Shown here in pieces: positions 38,701 through 51,185 of a stretch of 64,000 nucleotides of DNA. Within the stretch, counting starts at the first letter, position 1. Every line of letters begins with the position of its first letter. A program made the translations under genes and the position numbers. The notes beneath the pieces are model-generated. The model made no database searches. It was not told the origin of the DNA and worked only from the letters and a program-made list of their open reading frames with translations. Source of the DNA: Marsupella aquatica (Eukaryota > Plantae > Marchantiophyta); NCBI GenBank assembly GCA_973895155.1, contig OZ316891.1, forward strand, positions 26,715,972 through 26,779,971, given 5' to 3'.

Positions 38701-38981
38701 GGTTGGATAAGTTGATCGCGGAGATGGGTTTAGAGCATGGAAAAATGACTCTAAACTGTGATAGTCAGAGTGCTCTTCACTTGGCTGCTAACCAGGTGAT
38801 GGATAGCAGGGTGAAGCACATTGATATCAGGTACCATTTTATCAGGCAAGCAGTGTCTGATAAAACTTTTGAGCTAGTCAAGATTGATGGAAAGCTCAAT
38901 CCCGCTGATGCCTTTACCAAAGTGATTCCTTTGGAGAGTTTCTCAAGACACCGTGCTACTTTGCAGGTTTTGCAGTTGTAG
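35763..38981 (+). CDS. pol: Copia Pol (protease, GAG-pre-integrase, integrase, RT, RNase H), in the same frame as gag after one TGA; integrase probably inactive
   Basis: WILDSACTFH (PR); GHMSE..CEHC, VHSDVWGP, LRSNNGGEY (second catalytic D changed to N, AAT 36579-36581) and QQNGVSER (IN); KARLVAKGF, QMDVVTAFL and YVDDML (RT); YVDSDY, STTEAEY, CDSQSA and NPADAFTK (RH). Confidence 0.93.
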   Translation, partial: CQGYALNVVSNPGSDDWILDSACTFHICSRRDCFSSYTISNGSVLMGNGIPCQVVGLGSVRFQMFDGVVRTLRNVRHIPSMMKNLISLGVLEANDHHWSSANGVLQVSTGTKVVLKRKRHCNLYVMEGNVVYDEANVTLSHEETARLWHFCLGHMSEKGLVILQKKGLLSNLQSCKLEFCEHCVLGKQHRKPFGVGTHTSKEVLEYVHSDVWGPAPTPSHSGRLYYVTFIDDYSRYVWIYFLHNKFDVFATFKEWKAQVENQTGNKVRYLRSNNGGEYSSGEFGTYCKEQGITRHLTTSYTPQQNGVSERLNRTLLDRSRSILSQSCLPHEFWAEVANTAAYLVNFSPFNSIGFKTPFEMRYGRPADYSHLRIFGCDAYVLTPSQLRSKLESKLKKCIFLGYQKGVKGYRLWDPVTCKLIVSRDVSFNESRSSKEGESSQDSHTDKGKSPVPDRVEGEISHDAVHDRRDGEASGLELVPVMEQEEQIVAGVPQIQPATAVDQPESSTRRTSSRSTRAPTRYGQWADSSKLDDIDIAPDEDDMALILEEGEPSSYSEACALEQKHEWNAAMQRELQSLSDNKTWELVELPRGQQVVDSKWIYKLKDSPSEGGDKIYKARLVAKGFTQEKGVDYNEVFSPVAKYSTIRILCQLVVFFGLVMDQMDVVTAFLYGNLEEMIFMRQPLGFMKKGQENLVCRLLKSLYGLKQSPRQWNKRFDDFMLAQGFTRMVYDPCVYTKSVKNDVFGFIILVIYVDDMLIVAKDQSEVDSLKAKLSAEFRMKDLGKSKRILGMEIFRNSETGQLCLSQGQYARKVLARFNMENCKPVSIPLASHFKLSLAFSPTDAVEKGLMAKIPYEKAVGSLMYLMTCTRPDLALAMGKVRRFMSNPGKIHWKAVKWILRYLKGTQDYGLLFDNRSDRTLVGYVDSDYGGCLDTRRSTTGFVYTLGGGCICWKSTLQKCISQSTTEAEYVAAAEVAKETIWLDKLIAEMGLEHGKMTLNCDSQSALHLAANQVMDSRVKHIDIRYHFIRQAVSDKTFELVKIDGKLNPADAFTKVIPLESFSRHRATLQVLQL

Positions 38982-39177
38982 TGCAAGTAGAGTTATTTAG
39001 CAATGTGTGACTATTTGTATGTGGATTACTCATTCCTGTTAGGCTACGGCTTAGTTCTAATTAACCCTTAGTTAACCCTTGTGGTTTTTAGGGGGAGACC
39101 TGGTTTGGTGATTGTCTAGAACTTCCCGCTGAGGATTCCATATGGTAGCATTTAGTCCAGTCCCCAAGACAAGAATC

Positions 39178-39188
39178 AAGGGGGAGTT
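39178..39188 (+). promoter_or_regulatory. Polypurine tract
   Basis: AAGGGGGAG(TT) immediately before the 3' LTR. Confidence 0.85.
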
Positions 39189-39532
39189 TGTTAGATATTG
39201 CTCTAGTCTTGTGACTCATGAGCTAACTATAGTTAAGCTAACTCGGGTTAGGACTTAGCTAATGTTAGCGGTAGTGCTGTTGTGCATATAGCCAGGGCTG
39301 ATGCCAGACCTTGGTGGAACAAAGGCTCATTGTTATAGAGCTAGTTGAGAGATAGGAAGAGTTTGTGCTATGGATGCTTGGTATGGCCGGTCGGCCTAGA
39401 GTGCAGTAAAGCTCTTGTATGTTCCCGTGGACGTAGCCTCATGTGGAGGTGAACCACGTATCTCTCTGTGTCGACTATTGTGCGTTGGATGGTTCATGGG
39501 CTTGCCGTTACGAATGTCATCTATGCTCAACA
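39189..39532 (+). repeat. 3' LTR
   Basis: 344-bp copy of 32809-33152, followed by TSD CATCT. Confidence 0.97.
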
Positions 39533-39880
39533 CATCTTACTCATATGACTTCTTGCAACCCTTTGATGGAAATGAATTGATTCATCCTACTCATATGAAT
39601 CTTATTATAAAAATACCAAGTGAAGCTTACTCTTAAGGGTCTAGGTCTAGAATGAAACCTCTAGACTATAATTCTCAAAAGTCCCAATGTAGACAAACTG
39701 ATAATAAAATTCAATAAAGTCAAAATTTTAAATGAGGATGGAAAAAGCAACATTGACTCTAAATAAAGTTAAACTGTAATGAGAATGTACAAAAAAAAAG
39801 AATGGGGCAAAAAACCAACCAAAATAGCATAAATATTTTATTGTGTGCAAATTTTTTCTTCATATATTAATGATATCCAT

Positions 39881-40050
39881 GATCATGGGGCTAGTGGTTG
39901 ACAATAGACGAGTTCATGGAGCTAGATCATGGGGCTAGTGGTTGACAATAGACGAGTTCATGGAGCTAGATCATGGGGCTAGTGTTTGACAATAGACGAG
40001 TTCATGGAGCTAGTGGTTGACAAGGAACGGATCATGGGGCTAGTGGTTGA
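39881..40050. repeat. 44-bp minisatellite, 3 full copies plus partial copies
   Basis: GATCATGGGGCTAGTGGTTGACAATAGACGAGTTCATGGAGCTA at 39881, 39925 and 39969. Confidence 0.9.
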
Positions 40051-41504
40051 CGATATATGAGTCCACTGGGATCAGAGGTACTTTAGGACTGCAGGGTGCT
40101 TTGCTGGGATTGCTTGGGTAATACATTTGTACCATCAATTATTTTGGAGGAGGCCAGGGAGGAGGCCAGCAAGGGAGTTCAGAGTTTAAAGGATGGAAGA
40201 GATGAATGTTGGGTTTGCGTTCTCTTCAGTTTTCCTGACCATCAACAACCAAGAGGCGTGTTCATCTGAGGGCCAAGAAATGAGAATTTGCAACTTGAAA
40301 GGAAATCTAGCACAAGACAGAATTTGCAACTTCAAAGGAATTTTAGCACAAGACGAGAAGTTCATGAAGTGAACAACAACCAAAGAGACGAAATTCGTGT
40401 GCACCGAAGATGCAGAGTCACATTCCAGGACACTAATCTCTGTACTTGCAAAGTGGATCATTCGACAACTTCAGGAGCATGATCCCTCGCACAACTAACA
40501 GATAGATGCGGCTGTCGTTCAAATTCGATGGCTTAACCGTCCACTAAAAGACGTACTAATTATCGCACGTTCCCAAAACCTGACAGTGGCCAGCTCCAAT
40601 TCAATCTGATCAGACAGGCCAAAAATATTTACCATACTGTTGTACGTCTATGCATAGAAGAAAATCAGACGGAATGTCCAAGAAGGTCCAGTATGCGGGT
40701 ATAGGTGGTGACGGTAGGATAGAACTAGACACGATGATGGGTGTACCCAAGAGATATTAAAATTCACGTTCAATGAACAATCCATACACCAACGAGGAAG
40801 CCTGCAAGAAAAGCTCCTGAGTGGTCATGGTTTTAACTTTAACTTGTCAGGTTAAAACATGCACTGCCAATCTGGATGTGACCTTGGCGGTGTCTTCACA
40901 ATTATGAGGACACTGCATCAACTCCGAATTACTCCTGTACATGCCCAGGAATCTGCAACTGCGATTTGTCTGCCCAAGTTCAAGACTGGACTGGACTAAT
41001 GGAGAACACATTTCTACCTTCAGAAGAAGATCTAAGCCCATTCACGATTGTATTTGACATCCCAGATTGCTAGACTCCTTCCTCCAGTTTCCCCTAATGT
41101 AAATATAAAAAATATTCATCTTGACCAACTTAATTTCCAGAGCATCGAAGCCCTGATGGGTCTGGATTATGCCAAGATACTAGTTGAAATTATGGGGGCT
41201 AACAAAGTGCTCAGACCTACACCTACAACTCACCTTTCACCATTATCTGCTACTGCAAAACTGTGGCCAGTTACGACTGACATAAGCCAATTCCCCTGCG
41301 CCAGATCCTTTTAATAACCCCGCACAAAGTGGCATCTTCACACCATAGTCGGTACTTGATCGGGACTCTTTCCAGCTGACAGAAATGCCTCAAGCGATGA
41401 GGCCAAGGGGTTTCACCTATTAAATGAGAACAGACGAGGGGCAACCTGGAGATAGGTACTTTAACAAACACAGGCAACTTTAATCTATCACAAAACCCCG
41501 TCCC

Positions 41505-44500
41505 TCACTTGACAGACGAAGCAGGTTCTGTAGCCGGTGAATCCGTATCTTCCCCTGTTTTTGGTTGCCCATGCGAAGTCACAGCATCTCCATTGGTTGG
41601 CACAACACTTTCCTCAGCTGGAGCAACGGCGGTGCCTTTTGTGACCACAGTCTTACCATCAACTACAGGGACATATCGGCCCTCAATGAAGCCTTGTTCG
41701 TTCAGCACACTCACAAAACGGTAGGCAACCTGAATGACAAAGGAAACGATGGCCCAAGCAATTGGTAAGACAGATCCAAAAGGCACTTACGGAATCTTTC
41801 TTTGTTGACAAACATAAAAGAAAACAGATGTTCGCAACTATTTTATCAACAACAATTAACCTGCTTAGCTGATGCGACAACTACCCAGCTTAAATGGCAG
41901 AGACACCGTTGCCTACCTCAGGTTTTAACTTGGACTTGCCACCCATGAGGGAAGAAGTAATAGCAGAGAGCTTCCCTTCCAGCAGCTTGCCCTTCAAATC
42001 CTTTTGAACCAATGGGGTGAACTGCTTATCTAGTGAACGAGCAGCACCCAACCAAGCCAACACTATCACGAGGAGGATAGCACCTAGATAAGGAGTGGAA
42101 TTCGATAGTGATCCAAAGGTTAGGATAAGGAACTGTTGAATGAGAGCTCCACCCGATTTACCAAGTGGGTTGCAAACAACATCAATTGCAGCCTTTCCTT
42201 TCAGCTGCACAAACAATGAAGTGATGTCACGTCGTTGCAAAGGAAACATCGCCGATAGCAGTCATGGTTCTTATAATTAGTGCATGTACAACACCACAAA
42301 CAATAGCATGCCGTCATCTCTTCCGAACTATAAATGGAATGCAACGCCATTGGGTTCATACCTTGGTCTCCTCGTCCAAAGGAATATAAGCCATCTCCTT
42401 GCAAGGGTCAAACAAACTGTACTTCGCACTTTTGCTGAAAATATTTTGCAGAGCTCCCACATAGACAGCGGCCATAAGTGGCGTCAAGCCCCAGGTGCCC
42501 AGAAGAGGAGTGAGAGGATTACTGAACAAAACCAAGCCAAAAAATGCCACTCCTGTCACGAGCAGAACTGTTGGAGTAATGGAAGCAGCCACTCCCCAGC
42601 CAAACTTCCGGAAGATGACACGACTGAGCAACATCATCGAGAAGGTAGCAACTCCTGTGTAAGTGGAGAAGTCACCCATGAAGGACGAGTACTCATTTGG
42701 ACCAGGAAACTGCACACCAATGAAACTGCATGAATGAGACAACAACGACAACTTTCTGCAGGTAGGAATAACGCGAATTGATGAGATAAATTGTAAAAAG
42801 ATCACCGACACAACAATGGACTCTGTCATCCTACACCTTCAAAATTCATTATCTTTCATGTTTTAATCAAGGATAAAACCAGGCTCACAATACTGCAGGT
42901 CATAGAAAACGAATCTATAACTTGAGATTCTTATATGAAACCTGTTGGCTCACCCACTCATCCAGGGAGACACCGCAATCATCAATACAAATTGACAGGA
43001 AGGCCAGCTTTAGCACGTGTAACCGCGGCACCAAAGCATCTGAGAAGACTAACCTGAGCCTTCAGCTTCCCCTTCCATGTTACTTCAACAAGATTGATAC
43101 TGATACCATAAGCAACCACCAAGGTTGCAAGATCACGGATGTACCTAGATGACAACAAAAACTTCGCACTCTCGACCATGCCCATCTTCGGCTTTTGTTT
43201 CTGCCAGCAGTAAATCTCATCAGCGAAAATGAAATGTTTCCAAGCGCGCCTCGATATAAAAAAATTCCTCCTAAGATTCACTTCGAAAACCATATCGAGA
43301 AATAGGCACGATGCCCAATTAACCAAGGTTTGATAAACCAAGGTGGAGAGGTTCTTTGAGAGGAATCTCCATACCTTCTTGCGAACCTCGGCCTTGGGAA
43401 GTGTGGGGTCGTTCACCACGAACTTGTTAACCCACCAATAAATCGCGGTAATGACGAGGCCCAAAATAACCACGAGTCCCATCATTCCCCTCAGAGAATA
43501 AGCCCAGCCGTCCACACCAGGGGGCAAATGGCTCCGCACCTCAGAGAAATACTTCACAGTCCTTCCCGAAAAAATAAGCGCCACATTGGCTCCCAGACCG
43601 AACAGAGGGTAGAATTGCTTTGCCTCGTCGACTGTAGTAATCTGCAAACCATACAAAAACGATTCATTTATTTATTGAATTAAACCGAGTGCAACATGTA
43701 TGGGATCTCCTCTCTATACTCCCACTTTGTTCCAGTCCAATTGGCCGGAGTGAAGACTTCCCAACCAATCCAACGACTCCACGACAAAACCACGTTACCA
43801 CAGCTCAGAACGCTGCGGCTGAAATTGAGGAGCAAAACACCACGAAACCGAATTCATGACAAGTATCTCTAATTACATGAAGTAACACCTATATAAAAAC
43901 CGTTGAAAAACTTTTTAAAACTGCTCCAAATAGCAGATCAGGACGAGTACACGGCCATCGGAAGCTGAACAGCCGACGAACTGAGACTCTCTGAGGACAA
44001 CCCCCGCGATGGAAACACAATACGTCCTAAGGACAAACCGCCAGCCAGACGAAAAATTGTTGAAGGAAATGAAAGCCTCGGTCCGCAGTCCACTTCATTT
44101 CGAAGCGTGTGTCCTGACTTCTCATAGGTGGATGTGACAATGGGCCAAATGGGACCAGAAGAACAGAATTGCACGTCATTCAATGATCCACGAGAGCCAG
44201 GGGTTGTCAGCGTCCAAGAATGGACCGACTTTTCAACTCGGCAGTCAGCCCGTGAATTTCTGTGTCGCCCAATTCATATACCTATCGCTCCTTTCTTAAA
44301 GCTTCTTTCTTCCGTGTGACATATTGATCAAGTTGCCTGATGCGTCTAATTCATTGGAACGTACTCAGCTTCTAGTGCATATAGAAACCTTAATTTATCT
44401 TTAGTCCCACAGCCAAATTGGGCTCAGCACTCCAAATCTTTTTCTTAGTTTCTTCTGCAAACCTTTGAATGAAATTTTCACCTAAAATGTGAAACCCAAC

Positions 44501-45680
44501 CCAATAGCTCGCTCGTAGAAACGATCATAGACGTACATAATACCCGTGCTGCAACAGGAGAAGAGAAGCACAGGACAATAGCAAAATAGAACAGGAATGA
44601 AAGGGATGGTAGAGAAAGAAAGAGATAGAAGGAAAGGTGGCCAACCTGATTAGCAAAGCCCCAGAAGAGTACGGAAACCACAACGCTACCCCATAGCTCA
44701 GCCATGACGTAGAACAAACAGAAAGTCCAATTCCTCACGATGGCGATCGGTCCCAAAAATCTCGGGCCCAACGTTTCCAACATAGAATTCGCCCATGCCG
44801 TAGGGTGCAGGACATCGGCCAGGGGATACATGAAAAACCCGAACGCACCAAAAAAGGCGATGAAGGGAAAGATGCAGGAGTAGAAAAGAGCCTCCTTGGA
44901 CAAATTGTTGGACAGCTTGGTGTAGATGACCATGAACCCAATGGCCATGGGCAGATTCACCCATGTCTTCAGGAAGGGAATGATCTCCGCACTGCTTCCC
45001 TTGGCTGTCACCACCAGCACATCCTTCGTGTCCCTTAGGATTGTATAATTGAAGAGAATGCAGAAAAACATGAGCCCCAGCGGAATGACTTTCTTAATCG
45101 TGACGAGCTCCAACCCGAAGTATTTTTTGGCCGGTGCTGCCGGTGAGGGGATGGGGAGCCCCTCTGTAGCCGCAGACGATGCCTGTGCACGGACTCCTGC
45201 TGTGCCTCTGCCCCTCCTACTGAGCTCCAAGCCAGAAGGTTGCCCCACACCAGACTCAAGTCCCAAACCCTTCACACCAAAAACGCCATCTCCGGTCGCC
45301 AATCTCCTCCTCCTGAGACTCTGGTTTGATTGTGGGGAAGGCAGAGGATTCACCACCTTCCCGGACCAGAACTGCCGATTAACAGCCGCAGCATCGCTCA
45401 GACCACCAACACCAGCACCACCACGACCAGTGGCAGAGATCTCAGACCTCGTCCTCTGCTCCTGTTTCGTCCAAGAGAGGGATGCAACGGGCCCGCTCCG
45501 AAGAAGAGGCAGAGATGGCGCGACGACGCCAGCAGAGCTCACGGCCACACGGCGGCGAGCTCTGAGAGCTTCGACCGCCGGATTGCCACTGACGCTCCCG
45601 GCTCCGGGCCCCAATCCGAATCCCAATCCCCCCCACGCCTGCTGTGAGGCAGCAGCACTGGCCCGCATCGTGGCCTGCAT
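41505..45680 (-). CDS. NTT: Plastidic ATP/ADP antiporter (TLC/NTT family), about 769 aa with transit peptide, 6 exons
   Basis: Exons 45680-44646, 43641-43375, 43200-43054, 42709-42362, 42204-41917 and 41729-41505, all phase-0 GT-AG. Motifs: [69 protein letters not shown] and KGKAAIDVVCNPLGKSGG. The start codon and the last exon are less certain; without the last splice the ORF stops at 41890. Confidence 0.93.
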
Positions 45681-46782
45681 GATGAAAGCTTGTTTACCAA
45701 CCTGTTGCCGTCTACAACGAACGATCCGCACTCTGCTGCCTCAATGCTGCAGCGGAGCTCCGCTCCGCCCCTTCCCACAGCGCCACGAGCACAGCTCCTT
45801 CCTTTCCACGGCCACAGCTCCCCCTTCCCTTCTTCTTTCTCTTCTTCTTCGTCTTCTTCGTCTCCTCACAATGCCAACAACCCCCTCTCGGACCCGAACC
45901 CTCACCTCGCCGAACAAAGAGGCACTCAATCAATCAATCCCGCGATGTGCGAATCGCCCAGCCCAGAGCGAGATCGCCCTCCTGCGTTTCGTTGCGTGCG
46001 TTATCAAATCGAATCGACTGATCCGACTCGCACCACACTCTTTCTTCCTCTTCAGCGGAGAGACGAGACGCGACGCGACGAGACACACTCTCTGCTTCTT
46101 CTTCATTCATTCATCCATTCATTCATTCCTTCGTCAGCACACGAGAGATCTCTCCTCTCCTCTCCTCTCCTCTCCTCTCCTCTCCTCTCCGTCGAGACTC
46201 TTCGTGTGTGAGTGAGGATCACAGGGGCGTCACAGAGGGGCGGAGGTTGTTGTCCTTCCGCCCCTTCTCGCGGTCCTACCCTGCGGATTGGCTCCTACGT
46301 CCAGCCTAGGGGCGCGTGCGGTACACTTGGACTGGACTAATAGGACTGATTAAGGGCTGGGGCCTGGGGGTGGTGGCACGCATGCCGGAAGGAAATCTTT
46401 CCACAACTCGAGGACGGAATGATGGGTCGAGGATACGGCGCTAACTGCATGTAGCGGGGACGGTAGTCTGGCGGAGGCGTGTTGTTTATCGAAGGCGGGG
46501 TACGGAGCTAGCTAAATGTGGCGGGGTACGGAGCTAGCTAAACGTGGCGGGGTAATGACTCCCGCTATGATGGAGGGAGGAATGAGAGAGAGAAAGATGC
46601 ACGGAGGGCGGTTGGCTTGTTGGTGCGTACACCGTCACTCCTCTCTCTCTCTCTCTCTTGTAGTTGTGATGACGATGAGCTCTCTCGTTTGTTGTTTTGT
46701 TGTGTGTTATTCTTTGTTTTCGCTGTTGGAATATTCCATTCGTTTCCGTTCGTCGAGGGATGAATTTCCCATTGCTTAAGGA

Positions 46783-47235
46783 GTGAAATTGAAGCTCTCA
46801 TAGATCACAATACAATGTTTGACAAGATGCCAGAAAATCACGCCCAATTGTGAAAAAAACCTTTAAAAACGTGTTGTAGGGATTTTTCAAAATAAAGCAT
46901 GCAAAGGTCTAATTTCAAATACAATATAAAATAATAATAATAATAATAATAATAGGCCTTTCTGCTGTGAAATTGAAGCTCTCATAGATCACAATACAAT
47001 GTTTGATAAGACGCCAGAAAATCACGCCCAATTGTGAAAAAACCCTTAAAAATTCGAGTAGGGATTTTTCATATAAAGCATGCAAAGGTCAAAGTGTAAA
47101 ATACAATATAAAATAAGAATAATAAGAGGCCTCTCTGTTGTATGAATGGTTCAGAAGTGAAATTGAAGGCAAAAGGAAGTGAAGTTGAAGGCAAAGAAAA
47201 GTGAAATTGAAGCTCTCATAGATCACAATGTTTGA
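46783..47235. repeat. About 185-bp direct duplication plus a third partial copy in the NTT upstream region
   Basis: GTGAAATTGAAGCTCTCATAGATCACAAT at about 46783, 46967 and 47201. Confidence 0.85.
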
Positions 47236-49789
47236 CCACATATCATTATCACTCAAACTCACATGGAATGTCTTGACGTGATTTTTTACAGTCGCAAATG
47301 CCCGCATAGGAAGGTCAAAGGGTTTAGCCCAAGATAATAATACGAAGTACCTTACCTTTGCATGAATGTTAACTTTTTGGGGTATCCAAAATAGTCTGGT
47401 GCATGGCAGTCCCTGAGTCAAACATGCACCAACAGGCAAGCATAAAATTCCATTGCTTCAGGCGAATGGGCATTGTAATTCACGCACCACTGAATCAACA
47501 TTAACTGGGCACGTGCAAGAAGAGAGAGACTGGTTTGGGAGAATATTCCACATGAAGTTAAACAAGGTAAAGAAATGAACTGAAGTATTTTAAGAAACGC
47601 TAAACTGAATCTATTCTCTATACCATTCCGTGACTAACGATGTCTCCAGAGAGAATAAACAGATAAACGAAGGAGCATAGCTTTGGGATTGTCCCTTGGT
47701 GGTTTTCAATTCCTCCTCACTTCAATGGTTTTCGTTCTTGAAGATGGGAGAGCTCGAGAACTGCAACTCGCTTGAGAGTAAAACGCTCAATCTATCTAAT
47801 AATATATCATCAAAAGTCACTCTCTCGAGTGTATGGTCTAGACCATGCCTCCTGGGCGGCGGACAAGTTTTGGGGTGAGGGAACAGGTGTGGACGGCAAC
47901 TGTGGCTTACACCACCAGTGTCTAAGGCGTCTCCCTTTTTCACATTCTTCTCCTCTAGGGTGAGACTTTGCGAATAATGTCCTAAAAACCCGGTGGATTT
48001 AGGTTTTGTCATGGAGAGTGGCGCTTTAAGCAAGGCTCCAGTACTCAGGCTAGTTTATATTGTTCTGATCTTCTTACTAGTAGTTCCTACTAACAACCAA
48101 TGACTTATGGCACATACAACATGGATTGAACCACCTACAGTTGGAGTAGAATCTGGTCCAGTAACCAGTGAGATAGGCGGCAGGGCCTAACTGTTTTTCT
48201 GTTGGTTATAAATGAATTATTTAAAACAAGAAAAGATGCAATAGAGCCAAATGAATTAGTTCAAAGAAAGAACTACAGTACATCGAGTCAAAGATGCAAA
48301 CAAAAAAAAAATTAGAAAGAGAGAGGATTGTATGTCAAAGATAAAGTAGTTTGGATGCCAATCAAAAAGTGTGTAACGCATGAGTTCTCAATAATAGGCT
48401 CATTAGACGACCAAACGGCCGAGCAAACATAGCGTCTTGCTGATGATGCCTTGAGCAAGAGAATGTTGGCAATGGCTCCACGTTGTATCACTTAGATCTC
48501 ACTCCAGGGCTTTATGACGTCTTTAATTGGTTCGCCCTAAGCATTTCATGTTTGGCCTGAGTACACCGAATTACACTATAAATCTTGTTATTCCTTTCCT
48601 TGTTATTGTACGAGGTCCACCATGTGCACCTGTTCTTGGACTTGAACTATAGACCAGATCTGGATATTTGTAACTTACCTTGTCTTATGGTGTCCTGGAA
48701 AAAGACATGATGCAAGAGTTAGTCCACAATCATGAGAAGGTATTCTTTGTAGTCCTTTAATATCGATGATAGATCTTTAAGGTCGTGTTCCATGCCTACA
48801 AAGTTTTGTATCATATGCCAGTCAATGCAAGGTCATATGAGGACTTGCAATACCTCCAAATGAAGTGTGCCTCCATTTCTCAGTCAAAAATGTAAGCCCT
48901 ACAGTACATCATAAAAATAGGAATGGTTTAACAGATACTTCTCCTTTTTGGTGGGGAAAACAAGAGGGCAACAGAGAATTTTTCCACTTAAGGGAGGCGG
49001 GATCTATTCGGGTGTAGCATTGGTAGGTAATATAGTGGTGGCACAAGAGCCCCAGCCCGGCAGCTGAGAACCTCCAAGCAAGGGAAACCCCTTAGTTGTA
49101 TCAACAAATTAGAAGAAAAACAACGGCCCTCTCAGCCATAATACTTTTAACTAACAAGAGAAGGTTGTTTTGAAGAAAAGGCATGGCTCCATAAATTGTC
49201 CGAGGAGGCACAGGAAGGGCTCCATGCACCTAGCTTCCCATGCCAGTCCCCATTCACAAGCTTAGTTCGAAAGAAAAACAAATTGTTACCCGATGAATCA
49301 TGGTTTATGGCTTCACTCTAGGAAGCTCTGCTCATGGCAGTAGACTTAGATTGTGAATAATTATTTACTGCACCGCCCGGTTCACGCGGGACCTATACAA
49401 AACATTAATTATTTCTCCTATTAAGAAAAAACACAAGTCAAATAGTATTCTCCTGTTTTTGTTTTTAATGTTAAATCAATGTATACACTGAAATGTCAGT
49501 GCTACACCAGGATGGTTAGAAATTTCTTAAAATTTACATGACAAATTTTTTTCGAGGTTTCATAGGAACCCAAAATATTTGTATCCTCGCCCCTCCCAAC
49601 TCCCTAGTGAGTAGTCCCCCTTCCTCCTCCCTTGCCTCCTCCATGCAAGTATAGTAGTTCTTTATTGGAATGAATAAAAGTTCATCATTTGTATTTTCTT
49701 CACTTTCCAGTGTTGACTGTATTTTTCTTTCACTTTGTAAATGGTAGCCTTTTCAGCATATAATAATATTTAATAAACAATATATTGTA

Positions 49790-50189
49790 TGCAATGACAT
49801 CTTTAACGCAATGATACTCTAAATACAACAACCTCTTTTGTGGAATAACCTCTTTTATGCAACAACACCTTTTATGGAACCACCTCTTTTATGTAACAAC
49901 TCTTCTGTTACATAATGATGTTCTTTCTTCCACAACATCTTTTGCACAACAAGATGATATTTGCAATTATCTTTTGCACGACGACATCATTTCCACAATG
50001 ACATCTTTTGCACAGCGATATCATTCCGCAACAATTTCTTTTGCATGATGACATCATTTTCACAATGACATTTTTGCACAATGGTATTTTTTGCACAACA
50101 ATGTCATTTCTGTAATGAGATCTTTTGCGTAACAAAATCTTTTGAGCAATGACATCTTCTATGGAATGCACGAGTATTGAGCTAACTAG
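49790..50189 (+). mobile_element. Degenerate short-repeat tract ending in a probable Helitron 3' terminus
   Basis: Many roughly 15-bp (A/G)ACATCTTTTGCAC-like units. The tract ends CTATGGAATGCACGAGTATTGAGCTAACTAG|T, which reads as a CpG-decayed version of the Helitron end CCGTGCAACGCACGGG-N-CTAG|T. The 5' end was not located. Confidence 0.45.
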
Positions 50190-51185
50190 TTGTGAACATA
50201 AAAAGAAGTTAGGACTGACCACTCCAACCAGAGTGGATCACTTTTAAACATTGCTTTGAACTCAAAAGGTATTTAATTATCATAAATGGTCACATTTTTT
50301 GGATTCACAAACTAAGTTGTAGGTCCATCCTAGTTGCATGTTGAGGAATGTGTACTATCCTAGAATTGTTTTCAATGTGGCCACTTCAATTGGTGTTGAC
50401 TATATATGCCAGCCAATTCAGTCAGCCCCATTGGGTAATTTTTGATTTACTATACCAAACATTGCCAAAGCACAAACTTCATTCAAAGCAAATCCTTCCA
50501 GTGATTTCCATTTCCCCTCCTCCCCCCCCCCCCCTCCTTCATTGGGCTGCTTTGCCATTGGGGCCCTGTCAGCCGGTAAGTATGGAGTTTTTTTCCCTTT
50601 GGCAATGTGATAAGTAATTCCACGAAATAGAAGTAAATCAATGCTTTCAGCCAAGTAACTGAACTAAACGGGGCAGAGGATTACAAGTTTGAATTGAATT
50701 CAACTTGGCATTATTCTTTAGCTGAAGACTAAATCCCTGTCGAATCATGGTTCTCATAAATATGCTTCCAAAAGGGTAGATCCATTTTGAAGCCTTTGTT
50801 TTGTAGTAATATGGACCCCTGCCAGCTATTGTAATGGGTTGCTTCTCTTATGGAAGTGTTTTTTTTGTTTCAAAGCAGTTCCTTGAAAGATTAAAAGAAC
50901 AGCCCAAATTTGGTGCTTGATTATTGGCATTGGGACCAGAAGACGCAGGTCAGAATGAAAGTACAAGAGGTTTCAGATGGCAATAATATTTTGTCGTGGG
51001 GATGGAAAATTTGTGTTGCTTACTGGATGCAATTTGAAATTCATGTTTCCAAAGTGGCATTTATAAAACAACTCTTACAAATTTTCATTTTTCTAAGAAA
51101 CCACCCAAAGTGTTAATTGCAGTACATGATGATTGGTACAAGATGATTTTAGTAAGGATCTTGGAGGGAAGGCAAGATTCTTTCA

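Larger units (their letters stand above)
32809..39532 (+). mobile_element. Full-length Ty1/copia LTR retrotransposon (6724 bp)
   Basis: Two 344-bp TG..CA LTRs, 5-bp TSD CATCT (32804-32808 and 39533-39537), PBS, PPT, and gag followed by PR-IN-RT-RH in copia order. Confidence 0.98.

Noticed and set aside
45049-46215. 388-aa + strand ORF
   Set aside because: It is the antisense shadow of the GC-rich NTT exon 1 and microsatellite-rich UTR, low in complexity and without a recognisable domain.
40985-46341. Identical 14-mer TGGACTGGACTAAT on both sides of NTT
   Set aside because: A few 14-mer matches are expected by chance in 64 kb, and there is no extended similarity.
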